From positions 10,204 to 34,203 of the forward strand of contig JBILMG010000003.1 in the NCBI GenBank assembly GCA_044375695.1: 24,000 bases of DNA, given 5' to 3'. The translations under genes were made by a program, and so were the position numbers. The notes below the pieces were generated by a model. It was given only the letters and a program-made list of their open reading frames with translations, was not told the DNA's origin and searched no databases. This DNA comes from Minisyncoccia bacterium (GTDB taxonomy: Bacteria; Patescibacteriota; Minisyncoccia; Phycocordibacterales; JAACPR01). Shown here in pieces: positions 1 to 8,297 of this stretch (position 1 is the stretch's first letter; each line of letters opens with the position of its first letter).

Positions 1-1
1 C

Positions 2-1354
2 GCCTACCAGGATGTTTGCCAGACCCAGCCGGAGAACGACGAGCAGAAGTGCTCCGACGGGCAGGACAACGACCGCGACGGGTCGTACGACTGCTCTGAC
101 TCTGATTGCTCGGGCACCTCGGCCTGCTGGTGGGCCTGGAGCGGCTGGAACCCGGGCAACTGGTCTTCCTCCGAAACAGACTGCGGCAACGGCGTAGACG
201 ACGATTCTGACGGCTACTACGACTGCTCTGACTCCGAGTGCTCGTCCGACTACCGCTGCAGCCCCGTCACCAATCCGGTCACCACGGAAACCGCTCCGTG
301 GGGCTGGTTCGACTACAGCTTCTGCCAGAACGGCGGCGACGACGACTACGACGGGATGTACGACTGCTCCGACTCCGACTGCCAGGACGCGCCGGCCTGC
401 GCCGCTCGCCCGTGCGCCGTTACCGAGCAGGACTCGGACGGCAACTGCCAGGCAGACAACCCGTACTGGGGTTCCTCGTGCGGCGACGGCTACGACAACG
501 ATTCCGACGGGTCTCCTGATTGCTCCGACTCCGACTGCGCGGGCGACGAAGCTTGCTCGTCGGGCGGGGGCTCGGGTCCCGGGAATTTCAGCGAAATCAT
601 GCCGGACGGGTACCCGGTCAATTGGTACTACGGTAACGGTTACTGCGTGGACGGCATCGACAACGATGCGAGCGGCCTGATGGACTGCTGGGATTCGGCC
701 TGTGAAAATCAGGATCCCGCCTGCTACACGTTCACCGGTGTCGGTACCGAAGGTTGGCCGTACGACTCGCGCTTCCCGAACGGGAATCCTCGCGGAGGAG
801 ACGTGTGCGTAGCCGTCATGGAAGATTGCGGCAACGGCCAGGACGATGACTGCGATGGTCTGGTTGATTTCGCGGACGAAGACTGCGGCGGCGACCCCCT
901 CTGCGAGAACGAGTCCTCCGGAAACGTTGGCGGGGTTGGCGGCTGCGACCAGAACGCGCCGGCGCAGTGCGCTGACGGGTCTGACAACGACGGCGACGGT
1001 CGCTACGACTGCGACGACGAAGACTGCGCCTGGGCGGACGTCTGCCAGAGAGGGTGCGACGCCGAAGAGTCGTGCAACGGTTCCGACGACGACTGCGACG
1101 GCATGGTTGATGAGGGTGACGTGTGCCGCACCGCGTGCGAAGACGCCGAGGCCAAGAAGCTCGAAACCGATGCCTACTACGTTGACCGTTTCGAGACCTA
1201 CATTCGCGACCTGCGAACCAAGAGAATTCGCGGCTCCGTGTTCGATACCTTGGTTGAGCAGCTCGAAATTGCCTACAGCCAAGAGCCTGCGGTAATACTG
1301 GCTGGCGAGTGCTCTCCGAGCGATCCGGCCTTCTTCTACCCCTGGGAGAGATAG
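2..1354 (+). CDS. Cys/Asp-rich repeat protein, C-terminal part (gene starts upstream of window)
   Basis: The frame of the listed 356..1354 ORF stays open back to position 2 (AYQDVCQTQPENDEQKCSDGQDNDRDGSYDCSDSDC...). It holds at least 8 tandem modules of the form C-x-[NDG]-G-x-D-[DN]-D-x-D-G-x-x-D-C-x-D-x-[DE]-C, e.g. CGNGVDDDSDGYYDCSDSEC and CADGSDNDGDGRYDCDDEDC. Stop TAG at 1352-1354. Confidence 0.8.
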   Translation, partial: AYQDVCQTQPENDEQKCSDGQDNDRDGSYDCSDSDCSGTSACWWAWSGWNPGNWSSSETDCGNGVDDDSDGYYDCSDSECSSDYRCSPVTNPVTTETAPWGWFDYSFCQNGGDDDYDGMYDCSDSDCQDAPACAARPCAVTEQDSDGNCQADNPYWGSSCGDGYDNDSDGSPDCSDSDCAGDEACSSGGGSGPGNFSEIMPDGYPVNWYYGNGYCVDGIDNDASGLMDCWDSACENQDPACYTFTGVGTEGWPYDSRFPNGNPRGGDVCVAVMEDCGNGQDDDCDGLVDFADEDCGGDPLCENESSGNVGGVGGCDQNAPAQCADGSDNDGDGRYDCDDEDCAWADVCQRGCDAEESCNGSDDDCDGMVDEGDVCRTACEDAEAKKLETDAYYVDRFETYIRDLRTKRIRGSVFDTLVEQLEIAYSQEPAVILAGECSPSDPAFFYPWER

Positions 1355-1382
1355 TTAGGTTCTGGATCGTCACCTGAGGTAG

Positions 1383-1413
1383 AGAGCCGCCACCTTAAAA
1401 GGGTGGCGGCTCT
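1383..1413 (+). terminator. GC-rich hairpin downstream of the repeat-protein gene (possible terminator, no clear U-tract)
   Basis: AGAGCCGCCACC (1383-1394) pairs with GGTGGCGGCTCT (1402-1413), loop TTAAAAG. It is followed by TCGCGC rather than a T-run. Confidence 0.35.
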
Positions 1414-1500
1414 TCGCGCACCCCCCCCTCTGGAATCTCTTCACGCCAGCTTATTTCTTGGAGACGAGGTTGCCTGTAGCGTGCTACGCTTTCCCGGCCA

Positions 1501-2268
1501 ATGCCAACAAAAAAGAACAGCAAGAAGCCGCGCCTCGTCGTCGCCAACTGGAAAATGGCCCCCGAGAGCGCCAAGGACGGGATCAAGATTATCGCGGCTT
1601 TCAATAAGCAGCGGGTCGGGAAAGGGGCGTACGTCGGCTGGTGCCCTCCCTCCGTGCAGCTCTCGGCCCTAAAGGCTAAGTTCCGCGCTGCCGAGTTCGG
1701 CATTCAGGATATTTCTGCCGAAGCTGCCGGCGCGCACACGGGCCAAATTTCCGCCGCGCAGGCTAAAGCTGCCGGCGCCGGTTTTGCCATTATCGGCCAC
1801 TCCGAACGCCGCGCCGACGGCGAATCAGACGCGCTGATTGCCCGAAAGGTCAAAGCGGCCGCCGCGGCCGGTCTTCAGGTGCTCCTGTGCGTCGGCGAGC
1901 GTGACCGCGATGCCGGCGGCAGGTACCTCCGCGATCTCGCGAGCCAGGTTTCGGCTTCTCTCGCGGGCGTCACCCCGGCGGAAGCTAAAAAAATTGCCAT
2001 TGCCTACGAGCCGGTCTGGGCGATTGGGGCAGGAAAGAGCGCCATTGGCCCAAACGAGCTCCTCGAAACGTCCCGCTTCGTGCGCAAGACGCTCCGCGAA
2101 GCGCTCGGCGCCGCGGTTGGGGAAAAAATCTACATTCTCTACGGCGGCTCGGTTGACGCCGATAACGCCGGCGCGCTCCTCACCGAGGGCGAGGTTGACG
2201 GCTTCCTCGTCGGCCGCGCCTCGCTCGACCCCTACGCCTTCGCGGCCATCGTGAAAGCCTGCGCGTAG
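1501..2268 (+). CDS. tpiA: Triosephosphate isomerase
   Basis: 255 aa with TIM signatures visible in the translation: VANWKM, IIGHSERR, IAYEPVWAIGAGK, ILYGGSV. Confidence 0.95.
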   Translation: MPTKKNSKKPRLVVANWKMAPESAKDGIKIIAAFNKQRVGKGAYVGWCPPSVQLSALKAKFRAAEFGIQDISAEAAGAHTGQISAAQAKAAGAGFAIIGHSERRADGESDALIARKVKAAAAAGLQVLLCVGERDRDAGGRYLRDLASQVSASLAGVTPAEAKKIAIAYEPVWAIGAGKSAIGPNELLETSRFVRKTLREALGAAVGEKIYILYGGSVDADNAGALLTEGEVDGFLVGRASLDPYAFAAIVKACA

Positions 2269-2324
2269 CCGCGTAATTCTGTCTTCCCCGCACCCCCTTT
2301 TTTTTTCGCTCTCGCGTTTCTTGG

Positions 2325-2475
2325 GGTGGTATTTAACACGCGACCGTTTCTAAAATACCACCTCAAAAAATCGTCAAAATTGCGTAGATCCTTTTGAAAC
2401 AAGTATTTTTTAACGTACGTACAAAATCAGAAAAAACCACGGCGTGGTGTTTTGGAAACGGTCGTACGTTAAATA
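2325..2475. repeat. AT-rich intergenic element with nested inverted repeats between tpiA and pgk
   Basis: GGTGGTATTT (2325-2334) pairs with AAATACCACC (2353-2362). A 21-nt imperfect inverted repeat, TATTTAACACGCGACCGTTTC (2330-2350) versus GAAACGGTCGTACGTTAAATA (2455-2475), matches 18/21. A perfect 10-nt inverted repeat is TTAACGTACG (2410-2419) versus CGTACGTTAA (2463-2472). A small A-run/hairpin/T-run lies at 2431-2453. Confidence 0.5.
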
Positions 2476-2547
2476 CTAGGCTGGTTCTGTCGGCGAGGCG
2501 CCTGTGGACGATTCGTCGCGGGTAAGTTTTTGGGGTACCTTTAACGC

Positions 2548-3693
2548 ATGCCTTTAAACTTCCGAACGTTCGCCGATCTGCCCGCCGACCTCGCCGGCAA
2601 GCGCGTCATCGCCCGATTCGACTGGAACGTGCCGCTCGCCGAGGACGGCTCGGTCGCGAACGACTACCGCCTGCGCGCGAGCTTCGAGACCTTGGGCGCC
2701 CTCCTGACCCGCGGCGCCTCCGTGCTCGCAATTTCGCACCTCGGCCGCAAGGGCGAGTCGCTCGCGCCCGTCGTTTCGGCGCTGCGGGCGCACTTTCCGG
2801 GCGCGTCACTCGTCGAGGACCCCTTCACCCCCGAGGGTGCGGCGTGCGTCTGCGGGCTCACCGCCGGGCAGCTCTGCGTCGCCGAGAACATCCGCCGCTG
2901 GCCCGAGGAAGAGGCCAACGACGGTGCTTTTGCCGCCAAGCTCGCCGCGCTCGGCGACATCTACGTCAACGACGCCTTCCCGGTTTCGCACCGCGCGCAG
3001 GCGTCCGTCGACGCGCTCCCGCGCCTCCTGCCGAGCTACGGCGGCGCCCAGCTCTCCCGCGAGGTCGCCGCCCTGTCTAAGGTTTTTTCGCCGGCCCACC
3101 CGTTCGTTTTCATTCTCGGCGGCGCGAAGTTTGAGACCAAGCTGCCGCTCCTGCGCCGCTTCCAGGCCGCGGACAAAATTTTCCTCGGCGGCGCGCTCCT
3201 CAACGACCTGCTGAAGGCGAAGGGGATGCTCGTGGGCGCGTCGCTCGTGTCCGAAGATCCGTCGGCCGTCGCCGAGGTCGCGGCCTGGCAAAACCTGGTG
3301 CTCCCGGAGTCGCTCGTCGTGGCGAACGCGGCCGGCGCCCGCCGAACCGTTAAACCCGGCGACGAGGTGGCCGCCGACGAGCGCATTCTCGACGTCGGCG
3401 CCGAAAACCTGAAGGCCTCACTCTCGGGCGCGGCGTTCGTCCTCTGGAACGGCCCGCTCGGCCTCTGCGAGGCCGGCTTCAAAGAGGGGACCGAGGCGGC
3501 CGCCCGCGCCGTGGCCGATTCCGGCGCAACCGCAATCGTCGGCGGCGGCGACACGGTCGCGGCCATCGAGGCTCAGGGTATCGCCGACAAGTTCACCTTC
3601 GTCTCGACCGCCGGCGGCGCCATGCTCGACTTCCTCGCGAGCGGCGGCGACCTCCCGGGCCTCTTGGCCCTGGCGGCTTCTCCTCGCGGCTAA
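2548..3693 (+). CDS. pgk: Phosphoglycerate kinase
   Basis: 381 aa with PGK motifs: RFDWNVPL, ISHLGRKG, NDAFPVSHRAQAS, ILGGAKFETKL, LWNGPLG, VGGGDT. Confidence 0.95.
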   Translation: MPLNFRTFADLPADLAGKRVIARFDWNVPLAEDGSVANDYRLRASFETLGALLTRGASVLAISHLGRKGESLAPVVSALRAHFPGASLVEDPFTPEGAACVCGLTAGQLCVAENIRRWPEEEANDGAFAAKLAALGDIYVNDAFPVSHRAQASVDALPRLLPSYGGAQLSREVAALSKVFSPAHPFVFILGGAKFETKLPLLRRFQAADKIFLGGALLNDLLKAKGMLVGASLVSEDPSAVAEVAAWQNLVLPESLVVANAAGARRTVKPGDEVAADERILDVGAENLKASLSGAAFVLWNGPLGLCEAGFKEGTEAAARAVADSGATAIVGGGDTVAAIEAQGIADKFTFVSTAGGAMLDFLASGGDLPGLLALAASPRG

Positions 3694-3705
3694 GGCCTCA
3701 AACCT

Positions 3706-3721
3706 CGCTCAAGCTGGCTGG
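3706..3721. repeat. 16-nt perfect direct repeat, copy 1 (CGCTCAAGCTGGCTGG)
   Basis: Identical to 4420-4435. Lies just downstream of the pgk stop. Confidence 0.9.
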
Positions 3722-3808
3722 GCAGGTCGGATGCGTAGCTGTTTCTGGCGTTACCCCACCAACCTTCTGGCGAGCGTCGAATCGGCGCACCTCGGACGCC
3801 TGCCCCGC

Positions 3809-4357
3809 CTACGTCGTCGCCTCGGGCGGGAGTGGGCCGCGAACAATGACCTCCCTCTGCCCCGAACCTGGTCCACCTTTTCGGACCAGCACGCGAGCAG
3901 TCTCGACGAGTGGATACCCCTCGAGCACTGGCCTAATTACGGCAAACAGTTTTTCCGAATCGGGCCCGTACATGTACAGCACCGTCTCCGACGGGCCACG
4001 CTCGTTGCCGTCGTAGGTTCCCAGACCGTCCGCCTGGATTGCCTGAGTCAACCGATCTTCTAAGGTTGAGATGTCGTATTGCTCGTACACCTGTTTCGGG
4101 AGGCCGCTCCCCGACAGGTAGACGATGACCGCCTCGTTGCCAGCCACCGAACCAGATCTCGCGGAGTGCCGTCTCTCCTTCATCTTTCGGATGAGCGCGT
4201 GAATCTCCTCAAAGTTCACCACGGCAAGCACAATTACCAGCAAAACCGTCGCCTGGAGTGCCCCCACGCCGCCACAGACGAGTCCGACAAAAATTCCAAT
4301 CGGGAGCACGAGGGTAAAGAGCGGGCGCAGGAAATTTCGTGTGTGCCGGAAAGTCAT
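3809..4357 (-). CDS. Hypothetical membrane-anchored protein (two predicted TM helices plus a soluble C-terminal domain)
   Basis: The listed ORF is 3809..4426. I prefer the internal ATG at 4357 (MTFRHTRNFLRPLFTLVLPIGIFVGLV...). The longer N-terminus is encoded by a 10-bp terminator-like hairpin (4397-4419) that follows the HIT gene. Two hydrophobic segments are followed by ...YDGNERGPSETVLYMYGPDSEKLFAVIRPVLEG... I recognise no family with certainty. Confidence 0.6.
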   Translation of the reverse strand: MTFRHTRNFLRPLFTLVLPIGIFVGLVCGGVGALQATVLLVIVLAVVNFEEIHALIRKMKERRHSARSGSVAGNEAVIVYLSGSGLPKQVYEQYDISTLEDRLTQAIQADGLGTYDGNERGPSETVLYMYGPDSEKLFAVIRPVLEGYPLVETARVLVRKGGPGSGQREVIVRGPLPPEATT

Positions 4358-4387
4358 TGCGTGCCTGATTCTCTGGCAAACAAGCAG

Positions 4388-4419
4388 TGAAAGCAACGCT
4401 CCCCGGACACCGGGGAGCG
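4388..4419 (-). terminator. Probable intrinsic terminator of the HIT gene
   Basis: On the minus strand: CGCUCCCCGG-UGU-CCGGGGAGCG (perfect 10 bp, + coordinates 4397-4419) followed by UUGCUUUC. Confidence 0.5.
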
Positions 4420-4435
4420 CGCTCAAGCTGGCTGG
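4420..4435. repeat. 16-nt perfect direct repeat, copy 2 (CGCTCAAGCTGGCTGG)
   Basis: Identical to 3706-3721. Overlaps the last codons and stop of the HIT gene (minus strand ...GQPA*). Confidence 0.9.
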
Positions 4436-4851
4436 CCCAGTAGGTTTCGAATCTTCTCCGCGAATTCATCCGCCGCCGCGTCGGAGGGGAAGTTTTTGTG
4501 GCGGCCGAGGTAGCCGCCGTCGTTGTCGTCGCGGGGGATGACGTGCAGGTGGGCGTGGTGGACGACCTGGCCCGCGGCCTCGCCGTTGTTCATGACGACG
4601 TTGATGCCCGTGGCGCCGGAGACCTGCTTAATTGCGGCGGCCAAATCGCGCGCGACCTGGAACATGCGCGCGGCGGTTTCGTCGGGTAGCTCAAAAATGT
4701 TCACGTGGGGCGCCTTCGGAATTACCAGGCTGTGCCCCGGGTGGTTAGGGAAGGCGTCTAGGAAGGCGAAGACCAGCTCGTCCTCGTACAGCTTTCGGTG
4801 CGAGACCTCGCCGGCGATAATTTTTTCGAAGATGGTGCGGTTTTCGTTCAT
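4423..4851 (-). CDS. HIT-family nucleotide hydrolase/transferase
   Basis: 142 aa. Histidine-triad motif HHAHLHVIPR and N-terminal FEKIIAGE are typical of HINT-like proteins. Confidence 0.9.
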   Translation of the reverse strand: MNENRTIFEKIIAGEVSHRKLYEDELVFAFLDAFPNHPGHSLVIPKAPHVNIFELPDETAARMFQVARDLAAAIKQVSGATGINVVMNNGEAAGQVVHHAHLHVIPRDDNDGGYLGRHKNFPSDAAADEFAEKIRNLLGQPA

Positions 4852-4944
4852 GGTTCGCCTATTTTAGATTATTTTTCCCCAATTTAATTAGCTTTTAAGG
4901 GTAGGCGCTGGGAGAATGAGCTGGTTAGCCAACTAAGCTCGCCC

Positions 4945-6579
4945 GTGAACCTCCAGAAGATCGCCCTCGCCTCATCGGCCATTGCCGTCGCGCTCTCGGC
5001 CGCGGTTGGCGCCGGTCTCCCGTCCTCGCCCGCCCTCTCCCTCGGCTGGTACGGCGGCGCCTGCGACGACGCGCTCGCCCAGAACCCGGGCGACCCCGCC
5101 GGCTGCCGGTACGAGGCCCGCGAGTCGAATTGCGGCGACGACATCGACAATGATTCGGATGAGGCGGCGGACTGTGCCGACTCTGACTGCGCTGGATTCG
5201 AAAGGTGCGGCAGCTGTATTTCGTCCGGAGCCGAGAGCTGCCACAACGGCGGCGATGATGATTGCGACGGCCAAATCGATTTGGCGGATCAGGATTGCTG
5301 CGCGGGGGACTGGCTCTCGGCGTGGACCAGCGGCCTGCCGCTTTGCGGGGGTGGCTGTGGCCGAACCGAAACCGATGTCGACGGCGACTGTGAACGAGAC
5401 GACAGAACCTGGCTAGGCGCTGACTCCTGCGCCGACGGCGCCGACGGCGAAGGTGACGGTCTGGTCGACTGCGCTGACCCCGATTGTGTCGATGACCTGT
5501 TTTGCGTCCAAGAAATTTGCGCTAACGGCTCCGACGACAACGGGAACGGCTTCGTCGACTGCCAGGATATTTCCTGCTGGAACACGGCGGAGTGCGCCTC
5601 CTGCGTGGCCGTCACCGAGTCGTGCGGCAACGAGGCTGACGACGACTGCGACGGCTCTGTCGACTGTCAGGATTCCGACTGTGCTGGCGAGGCTATCTGC
5701 GGCGGAGCGACCGTAGCCGTCGCAGAGGCTTTGGGTACCGGCGACGCGGCGAATGAGGCGGGCAGAAACACCCCAGGAGCGGGCGATTCCGATGAGGGAG
5801 GAGGTGATAGCGGCACCTGCTGCGTCTGCTTCTACGGGCAGACCGGCGTAGAGGGGTTGGACGAATCTTGCTACCTCGAGAAGACCTGCGACAAGATGCT
5901 CTCCGGGGGCAAGAAGAATGGAATCTGCGACACCACGAGCTCGATGGCGGATCCGGGCGATAGCGTTAGCCGCGCCGAGCAGGCGAAAGACGCCTGTGAC
6001 GGCACTGCTGTTTCTCGGCTCTTCGGCGGCGGCGATCCCTCGAGCGTCGTCGTTATGGTCGACGGGCACAATGACCCCTCGGCCTACTCGTGCTGCGCGG
6101 ACACCGCCTCTGCACTCATTTCGGAGTACGTGATCGATGGTGATCCGATTCCCCAGAGCATCGACGTGACCCATTTCGGGTGCCAGACGTTCGATAATGA
6201 GAGCGGCGCGCGCGAGGCCGCTCGGGCGCTCCAGCAGCAAATGGATTCCCTTGGGCACGGGGGTACGGTGACTGTTTCCGGCAATCAGGGTTACTCGAAC
6301 CTCGCTAACCCAGGTGACCCGTGCGGAAAGATGATGGCTTTCACCGTGTGCGCGGACGGCGTCGAAACGAACCTGCCGAGCTGCGGCGGCGGGTGCCTCT
6401 ACACGGGAAGCGCTCAGTCTGCCGCGTGCAAAGATGATGAGGGTAGGCGACGAGAGCAGCGATGCGAACTGAAGGCGGGTTGCCAGACCGCGCCTGTCGA
6501 CAACTCTTCAGACCCGAACGGGTGCCTAGGCGAAGACCCGAACTCCTCCTGCTGCCCGAACAACGGTTCCTGGAGGTAG
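4945..6579 (+). CDS. Secreted Cys/Asp-rich repeat protein, paralog of the 2..1354 product, with a distinct Cys-rich C-terminal domain
   Basis: GTG start. Signal-peptide-like N-terminus MNLQKIALASSAIAVALSAAVGAG. It has 5 or more acidic Cys modules (CGDDIDNDSDEAADCADSDC, CHNGGDDDCDGQIDLADQDC, CADGADGEGDGLVDCADPDC, CANGSDDNGNGFVDCQDISC, CGNEADDDCDGSVDCQDSDC). A ~250-aa Cys-containing C-terminal region has no motif I recognise. Confidence 0.85.
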   Translation: MNLQKIALASSAIAVALSAAVGAGLPSSPALSLGWYGGACDDALAQNPGDPAGCRYEARESNCGDDIDNDSDEAADCADSDCAGFERCGSCISSGAESCHNGGDDDCDGQIDLADQDCCAGDWLSAWTSGLPLCGGGCGRTETDVDGDCERDDRTWLGADSCADGADGEGDGLVDCADPDCVDDLFCVQEICANGSDDNGNGFVDCQDISCWNTAECASCVAVTESCGNEADDDCDGSVDCQDSDCAGEAICGGATVAVAEALGTGDAANEAGRNTPGAGDSDEGGGDSGTCCVCFYGQTGVEGLDESCYLEKTCDKMLSGGKKNGICDTTSSMADPGDSVSRAEQAKDACDGTAVSRLFGGGDPSSVVVMVDGHNDPSAYSCCADTASALISEYVIDGDPIPQSIDVTHFGCQTFDNESGAREAARALQQQMDSLGHGGTVTVSGNQGYSNLANPGDPCGKMMAFTVCADGVETNLPSCGGGCLYTGSAQSAACKDDEGRRREQRCELKAGCQTAPVDNSSDPNGCLGEDPNSSCCPNNGSWR

Positions 6580-6611
6580 CCCAAACGCGACTGCGGTAGA
6601 ATGCCCGCCGC

Positions 6612-8297
6612 ATGACGCGGCAGGTAAAGGTGCGGCCCGGAATTCCGGCAGAGGCGGACGCGGCGCTTTCCGCGTTCCATCCGGTGGTGCGCAAGATTCT
6701 GTACCGCCAGGGCATCGAGACGCCCGAGGCGGCGCAGGCGTTCCTGTCGCCAGACTTTGATTTGGCGACCGGTCACCCGGCCAAAATGGCCGACCTCGAG
6801 AAAGCGGCCGACATGATTGCCGCTGCCGTGAAAGCGGGGGAGACCGTCGGCGTCTTCGCCGACTACGACGCCGACGGCATTCCGGGCGCGGCGCTGCTCT
6901 CGGCGCTCTTCAAGAAAATTGGCGGGAAGGCCGTCTTCTACATTCCGCACCGCAACCGCGAGGGTTTCGGTTTCTCGGTGGCCGGCGCCGACGGCCTCAT
7001 GGCGCAGGGCGCAAACCTAATCGTGACGGTCGATTGCGGCACCGCCGATGTCGCCGCGGTTGCCTACGCCAAAGGGAAGGGGGTTGCCGTTATCGTCACC
7101 GACCACCACGAGATTCACGGTGACCTGCCGCCGGCCGACGCCGTGGTGAATCCCAAGCGCGAGGACTGCCCGTACCCCGAGAAAATGCTCTGCGGCTCGG
7201 GCGTCGCCTGGAAGCTAGCCAAAGAGGTGCTCGCGCGGTTCCCGGACGCGGCTCCGGTTGGCTGGGAGAAGTGGCTGCTCGATTTGGCAGGCATCGCCAC
7301 CATCGCGGACATGGTGCCGCTCGTTGGCGAGAATCGCGCCATCGCGCGTTGGGGCCTGCACGTGCTGCGTAAGTCGCCCCGGCCGGGCATCTTGGCGCTC
7401 TGCGCAGCCGCCGGCGTAGACCAGCGTTACCTGGTTGCCGACGACATCGGCTTTTCTATTGCCCCGCGCATCAACGCCGCCTCGCGCATGGGTGAGCCAG
7501 AAATTGCCTTCCGTCTGCTGGACGCCGACGATCCAGAAGAGGCGGCGCGGCTCGCCAAAGAGCTCACGCACCTCAACGACAAGCGGAAAGGAGTTGTCGC
7601 CTCGATAGTGAAGGCGGTCCGGGAGCGCGTCGAGGCCCACGGCGAGCCGGCGGCGGCCATCGTCACAGGTGACCCGCGCTGGCAGCCGTCGCTCCTGGGT
7701 CTCGCCGCCTCTTCTATTGCCGACCGCTTCGGCCGGCCGGTGTTCCTTTGGGGACGCGGGGAGGGGGCGGATGCCCTGCGCGGGTCATGCCGCGCGGCTC
7801 GCGGCGGCGGCAGCGTACTCGCCATGATGGAGGGTGCGGCCGAAGCATTCGAGGTTTTTGGCGGACACCACGCCGCCGGCGGCTTCACCGTAAAAATGGA
7901 CGCGGTCGACATCCTGCCGGGCATGCTCGCGTCCGCCGCCGAGGCGATTCCCTCAGGCGACGCCGAAATTTGGGCCGACGATCTTCTGGCGCCGTCGTCC
8001 GTTGGCCGGGCGCTCGCCGACGCGCTCGACATGGCTGGGCCGTTCGGCGTCGGCAACGCGAAGCCGGTGTTCCTGGTGGCCGACGCGCCGCTCGTTGAGG
8101 TCCGCTTCTTTGGTGCCGATGCCGCGCACGCCCGCCTCTCCGTTGGCGGGGTTTCGGCGGTTGGCTTCGGCATGGGCGAAGCTTGCCGCGCGCGTAGCCT
8201 CTCGGCCGGCCAGCCAATTTCCATTTTGGCCGAAATCGAACGCGCCCGGTGGGCCGGGCGCGTCGAGATTCGTTTGCGGATTCGCGAGATCGTCTAA
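6612..8297 (+). CDS. recJ: Single-stranded-DNA-specific exonuclease RecJ
   Basis: 561 aa. DHH-family motifs: VFADYDADGI, IVTVDCG, VIVTDHH, and GGHHAAGG in the DHHA1 region. Confidence 0.9.
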   Translation: MTRQVKVRPGIPAEADAALSAFHPVVRKILYRQGIETPEAAQAFLSPDFDLATGHPAKMADLEKAADMIAAAVKAGETVGVFADYDADGIPGAALLSALFKKIGGKAVFYIPHRNREGFGFSVAGADGLMAQGANLIVTVDCGTADVAAVAYAKGKGVAVIVTDHHEIHGDLPPADAVVNPKREDCPYPEKMLCGSGVAWKLAKEVLARFPDAAPVGWEKWLLDLAGIATIADMVPLVGENRAIARWGLHVLRKSPRPGILALCAAAGVDQRYLVADDIGFSIAPRINAASRMGEPEIAFRLLDADDPEEAARLAKELTHLNDKRKGVVASIVKAVRERVEAHGEPAAAIVTGDPRWQPSLLGLAASSIADRFGRPVFLWGRGEGADALRGSCRAARGGGSVLAMMEGAAEAFEVFGGHHAAGGFTVKMDAVDILPGMLASAAEAIPSGDAEIWADDLLAPSSVGRALADALDMAGPFGVGNAKPVFLVADAPLVEVRFFGADAAHARLSVGGVSAVGFGMGEACRARSLSAGQPISILAEIERARWAGRVEIRLRIREIV

